Source of the DNA: the human T2T-CHM13v2.0 reference genome, Homo sapiens
NCBI RefSeq assembly: GCF_009914755.1
Contig: NC_060936.1
DNA length: 64,000 bases
Reading direction: 5' to 3' (one strand)
Below the pieces are notes generated by a model. That model was not told the DNA's origin. It worked only from the letters and a program-made list of their open reading frames with translations, and made no database searches. Both the position numbers and the translations under genes were made by a program. Each line of letters begins with the position of its first letter. Within the stretch, counting starts at the first letter, position 1. Of the stretch, positions 21,708-45,870 are shown piece after piece.

Positions 21708-22388
21708 AGAAAAGTTTATTAAAATAGTTTTCTTCATAGAGTAGACTTGGGTATCTGCATGACTCAATATTCAAAGAATCATATCTAAAGCAGAATACAT
21801 ACTTTATTCTTTAAAATTTCTTCTCAAACTAATTAGGATTATATTTGATTTTTTCCTCTTGGTACTTGCTTAAAAAATCAAGCATTTGACAGTCTAGGAA
21901 AAAGTGAAAAAAGGTTAATTAAACCGCTGCTAAATAATTTAGGATGTGTCTAGTTGGAAGTGCTCACACAATGGAGAAAGTAATTTTTCTTTCAGAGGTA
22001 AGTTACCTTGACCTCAGGCCTCCTTGCTATTCTTCTTTCACAGTACCTTCTGCCATTCTGCTGGGGCCAATTAGTTCTTGGCTCAGCTGTTTTAGTTTCT
22101 CTACAGAAGTTGGGCTTAACCATGTTTATAATATGTGAAAATCAAATTCCATTTTTTTCTTCTAAGAGAGCTAGAACATTAAATTCCCTGCCAGTGATCT
22201 AAAACACATCGAATTGTATATCTTCAAATGCAAAAGGTTTATTTTTTCCAAACTTACAGGATTTAAAGATGACGAGGCCTTAGAAATAGTGGTTATTATA
22301 TGTTAGTGATGATTATTTTAGTTCTGCAGATACAACTGCATTTTAAAACACTATAAATTAGTGTTATATTGCAGAGGAGATAGCATGA

Positions 22389-22720
<332 letters not shown>

Positions 22721-22818
22721 TAAATTACCTAATAATTTAAAAAATAATTGTAAAATAAATGTTAGTAGGCAGTAAACCATTGATTATGTGTGTGTGTAAA
22801 TAATTAGAAGTCGTTTCA

Positions 22819-22983
22819 GGCTGGGCATGGTGGCTCATTCCTGTAATCCCAGCACTTTGGGAGGCTGAGGTAGGAGGATCGCTTGAAGCCAGGAGTTTGA
22901 GACTTCAGTGAGCCATGATCACAACACACTGTACTACTACAGCCTGGGCAACAGAGTGAGACGCTCATTCTAAAAAAAAAAAA
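22819..22983 (+). mobile_element. Alu monomer (FAM/FRAM-like)
   Basis: Single arm with A tail. Confidence 0.85.
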
Positions 22984-23591
22984 TTCAAATAGTGTTTGAA
23001 GTTAGATAATAATATTTAAAGTTAGATTCAAATAATATTTAAAGTTAGATTGGCATAAATCTTGAAACTTCTAATGATTTTGTCACATTGTAATTGGATA
23101 AATGTTAAAACAATTATAAAAATATCTTTTGCCATGGTCAAATTAAACATTTCAGCTGGGGAAAGAAGAAGGAACTGAGTAAGCATAAAGCTAGTATTTG
23201 ATGTTAATTGATTGGTAATATAGAAAGGCAGGCTAAGTTTGAACTTCCCGAGTCTCAGGCTGGGGTCTCCAGACACGTTGTTAAACAGTTGTTTTGTTCC
23301 TTAGTAAGGAACAAAACAACTCCAAACTTAGTGCATAAAACCCTCATGGTTTTGGGGGTTGACTGGGCTCAGCTAAGTGGTTCTTGCTCAAGTTCTGTCA
23401 TGTAGTTGTAGTCAGATGGTGACTGAGCCTAGAGATATGTTGATGGCTTCCTTCTGTACTTACATATCTGACAGGAGCAGGGAAGTTCAAATAGGCAGGG
23501 GATGGAACAGCTACGGCGCCTTGGACATCTCTCTCTATTTTCGTGTAGTCACTCCAGCATAGGGACTTTATGGTAGCCAGACTACTGTAAC

Positions 23592-23745
23592 TTTTTAATT
23601 TTAATTTTAATTTTTTTTTTCCCCGTAGAGACAGGGTCTTGCTGTGTAGCTCAGGCTGTCCTGGAACTCCTGGGTTCAAGTGATCCTCCTGCCTCAGCCT
23701 CTCAAAGTACTGGGATTATAGGTGTGAGCCACCCTATCTTGCCAA
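23592..23745 (-). mobile_element. FLAM
   Basis: Antisense left monomer. Confidence 0.85.
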
Positions 23746-24605
23746 CACGTCATATTCCAAGGGTACTTCAGTCTGCTCTCTGGTCACAAATTATTTTCAT
23801 TCCTCCCACTTACAGAATACACTCACCCCTTCTTAAGGCCCCCAGAATCTCGCCTAATACATTTCAGCATTAGTCTCAGGTTTGAGGTCCAGGATCTTGC
23901 TTTCTAAATCAGATCCAGGTATAAATAAGGCTACTCAGATATGGTTCCTTGGGTGTAGCTCTTTGACTACCATTGCTTTCACTCTGAAGACCTGTGAACT
24001 AAACAGACAGGGCATCTCCCCCCATTCCCAGCCTACCCAGTATGCAACACTGGACAGGCAGAAGATAACCACTGTATTCACTCCTGTTCAGAAATACAGA
24101 AAAATGGGAGGAACACAGTCATGGGTCCACAGCAATTCTGAAATCCAAGCAGGCATGTATTACCAGTTCTGTAACATTATTGGAGGGATCAGCCCTACTG
24201 CCTAGGAATGATCCTCCATAGCTCTTGGTCTGCCTTTTGAATTCTTCCTTTTCCATAAAATGTACTGTGTTGCAATAGAGTACTTTTCTTGGCTTCTTTC
24301 CTGCCTATAGAAGTTTGGGTGTCCAGAAGCCTCTTTTCATTTTGTATGGTCTCTGTCCCTTTTAGTCCAAGATGACAGTGTTTCTGAACATAAAATTCTC
24401 TTTAAAACTTAGTAGATTTTCTGTGACTCTTATGGGAAGGGAGTTTTAATGTATTAGATAAAAGCCACACTTGCACATTGATAGAACATGTAGAGCTTAG
24501 GTTTCCTATATGGCTTTTGTGGGACAACACCTTTAGAATTCTTAGAAGGCCTTTTGTTTGAAACAATCTATGAGGTACCACCTTAAAAGTCTTTGACATC
24601 TGAAC

Positions 24606-24750
24606 TAGGAGTAGGCAAAGGCCATCGAACTAAGACTTGTTTTTATATTTTCAAAGGGTTAAAAAAAAAAGTTCAACAGAGACTGTATATGGCCCTCAGC
24701 CTAAAATATTTATCTGGTCCTTTGCAGAAAATGTTTGCTGACTCTTGGTC
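24606..24750 (+). mobile_element. MER58-family MITE
   Basis: agcctaaaatatttatctggtcctttgcagaaaatgtttgctgactc. Confidence 0.65.
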
Positions 24751-24819
24751 TAAATAAAGTTTTAATCTTCATGCCAATTTACCCTGGTCTGCTTTGGATT
24801 TGATCTTTGCCCAGAAGGC

Positions 24820-25562
<743 letters not shown>

Positions 25563-25917
25563 CTGGGACATTTCTTAATTTGAGAAATGTTTGCTATATG
25601 GGAAGGCTGGGAATAAGAAACAGTTTAATTTTTGGACCTAGCAACTCATTGCTCCTTATATTCTATATACTGCTTGGAAATTGTATAATTTCATCTGGAG
25701 CTTATCTCTCTCTATCTGTACTTTCTTATACACAGCTAAAAGAAACCAGTTGATACTTGATATTCTACCTGGAAATCTCCTTATCTAGTCTGTCAGTTCA
25801 TTAATTATATTTTCTGTTTTCCACATTACTGCAGATGACAGCTTTGCTAAAGTTTTTCTGTGGTTACCCAATAAAATTCTTCAGCTTCCGGCAACGCTTT
25901 TTGCATTTACTTTTAAG

Positions 25918-26107
25918 CCAGGGGCCTGCAACCTTTTTCTGTAAAGGGCCAGATAGTAAATATTTTAGGCTTTTTGGGCCATATGATCTCTGGCATACTT
26001 ATACAATATGTAAACTAATAGGTATGGCTGTGTTCCAATAAAACTTTATTTACAAAAACAGGCAGCAGGTTGAATTTCACCTACAGACTGTAGTTTGCTC
26101 ATCTCTG
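25918..26107 (-). mobile_element. MER58A
   Basis: ctgtaaagggccagatagtaaatattttaggc...ccaataaaactttatttacaaaaacaggc. Confidence 0.85.
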
Positions 26108-26689
26108 TTTTAAGTCTTTACGACAGCCTCCTTGAGGCCTTTGTTAACATTTTTCTCAAGACCCTGCAGGCCTTGGCTTACACTCTCAAGGCCCTTTTTG
26201 CTTTCCTTTGCTGCTCAGTGTTAAGACCAAACATTTTACTTTTTTTTTTTTTTTTAATGGCAGAACAAAAAAATCTACTCCCTGTACCAAAATCTGTTTT
26301 GGTTATCTATTGCTGTGTAACACACATCCCAAATTTAGCAGTGTAAAACAAAACTCCGTTTTATCTTTTATGGTTCTGATGTTTGGGCTTGGCTAGGCAG
26401 ATCTTTTTTAGGGTTTCTCTTGAAGGTGCAGTCAGGTCATAGCTGGGGTTGGAATCACTTAGAAGCCTTCCTCACCAGCGTCTCTTATGCAGTTGGAGAT
26501 AGATGGTAGCTGGGCCTGGAGTCATTATCTCAGAGGGATCCTCATTCATATGAGGTGGCTGGGCTGGGAAGCCTTAACAGCTGGTGTTTCCAGACATCTC
26601 TCTAACCCTGTGAGGCTTACTGGGTATCTTATATGGTGACTTGGACTTTGAAGTTGCCTGAGAGAGCACCTGGCAGAAGTTTTATCACC

Positions 26690-27003
26690 TTTTTATTTTA
26701 TTTTATTTTATTTTATTTTATTTTGAGATGGAGTCTCGTTCAGTCGCCCAGGCTGGAGTGCAGTGGCTTGATCTCAGCTCACTGTAACCTCCGCCTCCTG
26801 GGTTCAAGCAATTCTCCTGCCTCAGCCTCCCACTGGGATTACAGGCACCCATGACCACGCCCGACTAATTTTTTTGAATTTTTAGTAGAGGTGGGGTTTC
26901 ACCATGTTGGCCAGGCTGGTCACGAACCCCTGACCTCAAATGATTTGCCCACCTCAGCTTCCCAAAGTGTTGGGATTACAGGCGTGAGCCACTGTGCCTG
27001 GCC
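26690..27003 (-). mobile_element. AluS inside the MLT1 LTR
   Basis: TSD tttatcaccttt. Confidence 0.95.
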
Positions 27004-28104
27004 TTTATCACCTTTATGACCTAGCTTCTGAGGTTGCTCAGTGCCCCTTCTGTTGCATTCCCTTCATGGGGAGAAGAATGAGACTCTACCTTTTGATGGG
27101 AGAAGGATGAAAGAATTTGCAAAGGTATTTTAAAACACCAGACACCCCACATATATACCTATCAACAAGTTTTGGAAGCTAGACAACGTGTCAGGCTTTT
27201 CTCTTCCCTTTTTCACTAGGCAGGGAGATGAAAGATGGCCTCTCTTCTTTTAAATGTTCAAGAACTGGTTTGTCAAGAGCTGTGGAAGAAGACTTCCCAG
27301 TAATAAAAACCTCTTTTCTTCAGTAGGGACAGGACCTGGGAACTTTGGACTGACATTTGATTTCCTCTCTTTTCCTTTTGTATCAGAGTAGGCTTAATGA
27401 TGCTTCTCTCTCAAAAGAGGAAACAAAAAGAAATTAAAATCTCTGTATTAAAATTTTTACCATTTAGGGATTAGCTTGAATCCATAAGTAACATCTTTGC
27501 AAGGGTTAAAGAATATATGTGCCTGTTTGTCATTCACACTTTCAGTTGAATTAGTTTAGCTAGCTTTCTTAATTCTTGTAGGGATACTCCTAAGGGAAAT
27601 TTTGAAAAGGGGTTAGGTGATGGAGATAATTTAGAATGTAGAGACTGTAAAGCAGGTTAGAAGAGTCTTTGAACAGCATTAGGGCACTGTCTGTAGAACT
27701 ACTCTACTGCCTGACCCCATCTGATAAGGCTTTGCTCACCTTATGTAGTGATCTGGCTCTGGAGGTAAAATATTCAGAAAAGGTGATTTATGATATGTGT
27801 TTGTAGAGGCTATTGTGTTTTGTGTTGTTTCCATTTTGTTTTCTTCTTCCCGTTTTGCTGTTTCTTTATCTTTCTGGGTTTGTACATCTTGAGAGATTCA
27901 ACCCATCTTCTCTGATGACCTAAAAGAAGACAATAGCCTAGCAAATAGAAAGTTGTTGCAGAAATAGCTGTCTGCCATATTACAACACTTCTGGGAAGAA
28001 GAAATGCCTAAATGTAATCATTAACCTGTTTTATTTTTCTTGGTATCCAGATCTGTACATTGTTGAATTTGGGGTAGAGGGAAAAAGTGTATTAGCATGT
28101 ATGT

Positions 28105-28983
<879 letters not shown>

Positions 28984-30532
28984 TGAAAAATACTTTTACA
29001 AAGCTTTGGTAGAATTCCTGCAAACACATGCTAATTTGTAGTGCTATAAGAACCATGAGAAGAATCAGAAAACAAAGTTTTGAAATGAGTTACATTATAG
29101 GAAGGCAGACAATAGGTACTTTCAGATCTTGAACTAGTGTAAATCAGAAGACTTCACTACAGTTCCTTAACTTCAGTTGTAATTTGGCAGAAGTTTTGGG
29201 ATTAACATTCTATACCTTTTCATTTGTCTTGTTTGTTTTACCTGCATTCTTTTCCCCTCCACCTGACACATACTCCTGTTCCCCTCCCAAGGTTCCTGAG
29301 TGGTTTGGAGGGAGTAGGGGTGGGGAGAAGAAAGAGTTAACTTTTTATGCTTTTAAGTCTCCTAGTATTACTTAACTAATTTCAGCTAAATGAAAACTTA
29401 TCTTTTAGAATATTTAATGCATGATATGCTGCATGCATTATGCATTCATTTTAAGACTTACAATATAGTAGCATGGATTTATGAATGACATGGATAGCAA
29501 ATTATTTCCAATCTAAATTGCTCTGTTCATTTTTGGGCAAAATAATTACTTGCTAAAGCAATATTTTTCTGACATGTTACAAGCCTGGGAGTGGTTTGGA
29601 AGGCTTTGAATGAATGCTAAGTATAAAGATTTTTGGTACAACTTGATTTTACTGCTTCTTTCCAGAGACTGCCAGTGGATTAGTTTGATCCTATGTGAGG
29701 AAAAAAGCTGCTTTGTGAAACCAGTAATTCCATAGAGACTAGTGGTATTAGAGATATTTTTAAATTTGGGGCTTAGCCAGAAGATCTGAGCATTGATATA
29801 CCCTTTCCTTTCTGTATTAATGAATTTAAAATATGTTGTTGATTTAATGTTTAGTTTGTACATTGATTTCTGGTTTGGGCTTCTTTAAACTTTGTGTGAA
29901 TATTAGAATCCAGTGAGTTTGTTAAAAAATATTTGCTTATTCTATCCTTTCATATGACATATACTAGTAGAAGACAGCTATTATTTTGAAAGCAGCAGAT
30001 ATATTTAACATTCTTATGATTGTACAGATGTGGACTGGCATGAGTATTTTGGATCAGAAAAGGCATTTGTCAAATGTAGATTTTTAGTTCATTATGAAAA
30101 CATACTGTCTGTTTTATTGGTGCAATTAACAAAAGTAGTTCAGAGAAAAGATTCAAAGCATTTCTGAAATGATGAAGCTTCTGTTCTTGAGACAGTCCTT
30201 TATTTACACTATGCATCAAGGAAAAGCAGCTGGAAATACCATTTCAAACAATTCTTTTGTGAGTTGTGGGCTCTTTGATGAATGGCCAACTTCAACAATG
30301 GCTATGCTTCTTAGAGTCCTAAAATTTTGGAACTGAGAAGAGACAAGGCACAAGTTTTGTTTGGTCTTCCTTAAACACGTAGATGGGTAGAAAAGGATGT
30401 TTCTTTCCCTTGAGCTTTGAGCTTTTGCATTAAAATTTTTTTATTTTCCAGGTTATCTACCACATGTTATATTTATTGTTAAGGGATAAAAAAACAGGCA
30501 AAAATCTTGATTTTCATACAAGTATAAAGTGA

Positions 30533-31686
<1,154 letters not shown>

Positions 31687-32409
31687 TTATCTACAATTTA
31701 CAGTTGTAAAATAGCTCAAAGACCATGAGGGATACAAATCCCACAGAATCAGATAACTAGGAAGGGTACACATTATGCAATGCCTAGTTTCCATCGAAGA
31801 TGCCTAATTCTGGTCCATTTTAAAGTCTAAAAGGTTTTCCCCTACATCATAAAAAGGTGAAGTAAACAGATCTGTGTTATCATTTTTGACAATAATCCAG
31901 TGTCTGTTAGTTTTAGGGCCTATTCATTTAAATAAAGTCAGTTTTGAAAACAAAGAAAAGTTACTCTTAGGTGGATATTTTCTGATATTTTGATTGACAT
32001 TAGATACTTCCTCAGATTAGTGTTGAATTTGGACTATGTACGCTACCTAAACTGTAGCTTCAAATATTTGGGTAGCAAGTCCTGTAAGCTATCCAGTGCC
32101 TAATATTTTGTAGGTATTCATTTTTGTAAAGAACAATAATGATAATTTGAAGGGAGGTAAAACTCTTCTGCCCTATATTAGTCCTTAAATGTACATATAA
32201 ATTCGTTGCAATTCAGGCAACTTCCTAATGTTAAATGCTTTTTACCTGGGTGGTTGAACTCAGGGAGCAGAGGGCACAGAGTTGGCATTATCTGCTCTAA
32301 TTTCATGCTGTGTGATTTTAACTGGGCCTTTGCTGCTTTATGATCTTTTTATTCATCTCATATTTATTCTCTAGCACATTCCTGATGTTGATATAGCAGA
32401 AAGAAATAT

Positions 32410-32600
32410 AATTTGTAGTTTCATGGAGCTAGGTTTGAATCACCACCTCACCACTTACCAGCTCTTTGTTCTTGGGAAACTCGCAAACCTCAAGTTCTTC
32501 AGTTAAATGAATGATAAGTACTTCACAGAATTACATGACATGTATGTAATGGATGTTACAGTGGCTGGCACATAGTAGGCAGTAAATGTTAGTTTCTTAT
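32410..32600 (+). mobile_element. MIR
   Basis: ggtttgaatccacc..caccacttaccagct...ctggcacatagtagg. Confidence 0.6.
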
Positions 32601-32841
32601 CTGTTCCTCTCAAGCCCTCAAGCCTTCCTGCTTTTTTTTCCTTCTGTTTCCATAACTAAAAAGTTGCAGTCATTTGGTATGACCTCCTTAATCTTCCCTC
32701 TAGTTATTTTTGTCTTTTTGTTTGTTTCAGAAGTATGTTTCTTTTACCTAACAGAGTTTTTGTGAAGATTTTTGATAATGCATATAAAATTGCATTATTA
32801 GTATAGTTCCTGGCCTATAGTAAGCATTCAATAAAGATTAG

Positions 32842-33145
32842 GGTTGGCATGGTGGCTCATGCCTGTAATCCCAGCACTTTGGGAGGCCAAGATGGGCAGA
32901 CCGCTTGAACTTGAGCTCCGGAGTTCGAGATCAGCCTGCGCAAGGCAACATTGTGAAACCCCATCTCTACAAAAGATACAAAAACTAGCTGCATGTGGTG
33001 GCGTGTGCTTGTATTCCCAGCTACTCAGGAGGCTTAGGTAGGAGAATCGTTTGAGCCCAGGAGATGGAGGTTACAGTGAGCCAAGACCGTGCCACAGCAC
33101 TCCAGCCTGGGAAACAGAACCAGACCCTATTTAAAAAAAAAAAAA
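32842..33145 (+). mobile_element. AluJ
   Basis: Alu dimer. Confidence 0.92.
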
Positions 33146-33353
33146 ATTTTTTTTAATTGACTGTGAATATGTGAATGTAAGATTAATTTGGTCTTTGATT
33201 ACCTTTGTATGTTGCTCCTCCCTTATTTTCTACTCCAATAAGTATTACCTTTCTCTGTTTTATGTTTTATGTCCTCATCCCTTTTCAAAGAAAAAAGTCT
33301 TCCCTATTTGGGGGAAAACCCCTTTTGCTTTGCCTTGCTAGCACTCTGGTTAA

Positions 33354-33694
<341 letters not shown>

Positions 33695-34132
33695 TGAATA
33701 GTTAAGTGGCTTGGTCCCCACTTTTCCACAACCTGCTCTCATATTGAAGCCTCCTTGCATTCTGATATACCATAATTCTTCCATGAAACTGAAAGAGCAT
33801 CATCCTCCCACCCAAACTCTCACAAAGCTTAGAAAATTATAAGCATTCAATGAATATTAGTTGAATAATGAATGAAATGAGAAAGTTTAAAGTTCTATCA
33901 CTGAGAGTCCTCGATGCTTTCAATCAATGGATTTAAAGAAACCCTGTAAGTAACTGTCGTACCCAAATTCACCTAAATGGATGTTGTTGTGTAACATGAA
34001 TTTTATTGTTTTTTTCTGAGAAACCTATGATTTATATCAGAGTCAGGGAAGGCATTTTAAATATTATGTTACGGAGAAAAGTTTAACTCTGAGGGCAAAT
34101 TTATTAGTAAAAATCTCTTGTTTTTTCTATTA

Positions 34133-34474
<342 letters not shown>

Positions 34475-34891
34475 CTACTTCAGTGATACTCAGACCTTTG
34501 TTCCTCAGCCCCATGTAGTCCGTTCAGCAGCCATCTTCTTCTGAGACATCTGTGATATTAACCAGAACATACCTGCATAGGGAACCATGGTGCCCTTTTG
34601 ATTAATGAGAATAGCTAATGTGGCCCCAGAGGCATATGCTTTTAAGCACAACAGTCTCAGCTTTGGTCAGTTTGATTTATCTTTTGTCATTATAATAGGT
34701 AGACTTGTTGACAGTTAGTATTTTTGTTTTATCTGTCTAGTAGATTGTATTAGTTTGCCAAAAGTTATTAGGGCAAAGTTTCTGTGATTATAGTTCTCTT
34801 ATCTGTTACTATTATATCTTATATAGTGTTTACTGTTAATTGGGAAAGTTGATTAAAGCAGGAAATAAAAAATGATACATACGTACCATAG

Positions 34892-36212
<1,321 letters not shown>

Positions 36213-36429
36213 TAGGTTTGAGAACAACAAATAGATTAGACTCTTAGTAAGTATTGCATAGTGGGAAGAGAAAAGCCTGAGTGTACGCCAGTGTTGCCTT
36301 TTAGCCTACCAGTGTTCATTTAGGGGTGTTAGTCAATTCATGCTAAGGGTAATGGATAGCATCAGTTAAACTGTGAAGGTAAGAGGTAAAAGGACATCTT
36401 TAGTTTTTTTCTTTGTTTTTGGTAAACTT

Positions 36430-38180
<1,751 letters not shown>

Positions 38181-38196
38181 AATTAAAAAAATTTCA

Positions 38197-38862
<666 letters not shown>

Positions 38863-39659
38863 TTCATAATTTTTTATCATCAGTATTGGCACATAGTAGG
38901 TTTATGTTAAATAACAGTTGATCAGTTAATTATTTTTTAAGTTAACAAGGTTTTTAGAAATTGCTTTTTCTATATGCTTGGAATCTCCCTTTATGGGTTA
39001 GAATCAGTGAATATAGTTGCTCCTAATTGCCTGGTTTTGTTTTTGCCTAATAGCTGCCTCCAATCCCTTGAGCTGCTTGCTGAGGACCGGAGTTTTATAT
39101 GTGTGTGTAAGGGGGTGGTAATAAAATTATCAGTATTGTTTAAATCCGTTATGAAGAGTAATACAGCTGAGGATAATTTAGCTCAGTTGGGTTTGGGTTA
39201 GAGCCACCTGTGCGAGGAGGAGGGCGCAGACAGCTCTAACTACTGAGCTAGCAGTAAAATAGGAGGAGACAAACATGTATTCCAGCTCTGCTCCTTTTGA
39301 GCTCCCTCTACTCCCACATCTACAGCTGCTGCTGATGACTAATGTTAAGCAATTTGGAGGACCTTGTGTCTTTTAATAGTAGTAAAGAGGAGTTGTGGTA
39401 TCATGTGGCTTCTGATTTCCCACTTAGAATGTCTTTTAAATTTCCAGAAATTCTATGTTGTTCCAATTTGAGGTTTCTTTTTTTTATTAAAAAAATTAAT
39501 TGGTTTTTCAAAATGAAAACATTTTTTCAAAATAAAATTTATGGTGATCAAGTCTTACAATTATGGGAGAGTTTTTAGATTAAAGTAGAAAATTGGTGCC
39601 AGTGGTGCCAATTGTTGAGAAAGCGGACTTAGAGAAAGGTTTCATATTCACCATTTTGA

Positions 39660-41778
<2,119 letters not shown>

Positions 41779-41981
41779 CAAAGAACTTTTCTCAAAAACA
41801 TTTGCACAGTATTCTCATTATGTGGACAGATTACAATTAATTAAACCAGTGTCCTATTAATTGACAATTAGTTTGAATATTTTGCTCTTATAAATAATGT
41901 TGCATTGGATAACCTTGAATACATAGGTTTATACATTTGCAAACAGCCTTGCAAGGTAAATTCCTAGAAATTGTCTTGCTA

Positions 41982-42706
41982 GGGTGGGTGTGATAGCTCA
42001 TGTTTGTAATCCCAGCACTTTGGGAGGCCGAGGCAGGAGGATCACTTGAGCTCAGCAGTTTGAGACCAGCATGAGCAACATATGAAACCCTGTGTTTACA
42101 AAAAATACAAGAATTAGCTAGGTGTGGTAGTGTGCACCTGTAGTCCCAGCTACTCGGGAGGATCGTTTGAACCTGGGAGGTTGAGGGTACAGTGAGCCTG
42201 GGCAACAAAACAAGACCTTGTCAAAAAAAACAAATTGTCTTCCTGGGTCAAATAATATATACATTTTTAATTTTGACAGCTACTGCTTAGTTGTCTTCCA
42301 AAGATACTGTATAAATTTACATTCTCACTTAGATGTGAGGGGCCTGTTTGTCCACACCTCAGTACCTGTGTGTTTTGTCATCATTTTGGATTTTTGCAAA
42401 AATGATGATAAAACACACAGGTGGCTGGGCGTGGTGGCTTATGCCTGTAATCCCAGCACTTGGGGAGGGTGAGGCAGGTGGATCATGGGTTCAGGAGTTC
42501 GAGACCAGCCTGGCCAACATAGTGAAACCCTGTCTCTACTAAAAATACAAAAATTAGCTGGGTGTGGTGGCAGGCGCCTGTAGTCCCAGCTACTGGGGAC
42601 GCTGAGGCAGAAGAGTCACTTGAACCCAGGAGGCGGAGGTTTCAGTGAGCCAAGATGGCACCACTGCACTCCAGCCTGGGCGACAGAGTGAGACTCCGTC
42701 TCAAAA
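41982..42706 (+). mobile_element. Two sense Alus (41982-42232 J with deletions, 42423-42706 S)
   Basis: Alu bodies; TSD aaattgtctt for the first. Confidence 0.92.
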
Positions 42707-42729
42707 TATATATACATATGTAAATGAAA

Positions 42730-44720
<1,991 letters not shown>

Positions 44721-45244
44721 TCTTGCTCATCTCCTTTTAATACATGTTCCCATTCCGATAAATATAAAAACTTTAGGCCCTCTTCTGTTGTGATTTGAAA
44801 TGAAAAATAAGTATAAAGAACAATAAGAGTGATAAGTTGAGAACTACATGTCTGTTCTCTCATTTCTATACCTTGAGAGTCATTGAGCTGTACCCTCTGG
44901 TTCAGGAGTCATAGTACTAGGGATGTGGTCTGTGACCATATACTTCTTTAGAGCAAGGCTAACTTGAATATGGAATCTGGTTCATTGGTTTTCTTAGCTT
45001 TAAGCCCTAGCTCAGTGGGTACTAATCCCAGACTGACAGTTTCAAATCTTGTTTTATCATTTAGTAAGCAGTAACAAATTTATATAAAAACCCAGATTTA
45101 ATAATTTTTATTTTCTTTTAATACATCCAGCCGTTATTATTTACTAGTATCCCCACATTTCAGGTTTTAATTTAATACAATATGGTATTTAATTAATATA
45201 ATATAGTATTACATACATTTGTTCCCATTTGGGAAAATGCTTAA

Positions 45245-45561
<317 letters not shown>

Positions 45562-45857
45562 TTTTTTTTTTTTAAAGATAAGGTCTAGCTTTGTCGCCCG
45601 GGCCAGAGTGCCATGGTATGATCTTGGCTTACTGCAGTTTGTCTCCTGGCCTCAAGCAATCTTCCTGCCTCAGCCTCCTCCTGAGTAGCTGGGACTACAT
45701 GCACACGCCAGTGCGCCTGGCTAATTTTTGTATTTTTAGTAGGGACGGGGTTTTGCCATGATGGCCAGGCTGGTCTGGAACTCCTGAGCTCAAGTGATCC
45801 GCCCGCCTCAGCCTCCCAAAGTGCTAGGATAACAGGTGTGAGCCACCGTGCCCGGCT
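45562..45857 (-). mobile_element. AluJ(b)
   Basis: ctcctgagctcaagtgatcc; TSD actgaatgg(c/t)tt at 45244 and 45858. Confidence 0.88.
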
Positions 45858-45870
45858 ACTGAATGGTTTC

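Noticed and set aside
27815-28020. Pyrimidine tract followed by a purine-rich exon-like stretch
   Set aside because: Weak acceptor (GAG) and donor (GTAATC), stop codons, no recognisable product.
30430-30460. ttattttccag|GTTATC possible recursive splice site
   Set aside because: Good acceptor, but GTTATC is a poor donor and there is no supporting exon.
32700-32740. tttgtttcag-AA-gtatgt acceptor/donor juxtaposition
   Set aside because: Lies in T-rich low-complexity, MIR-flanked sequence where such motifs arise by chance.
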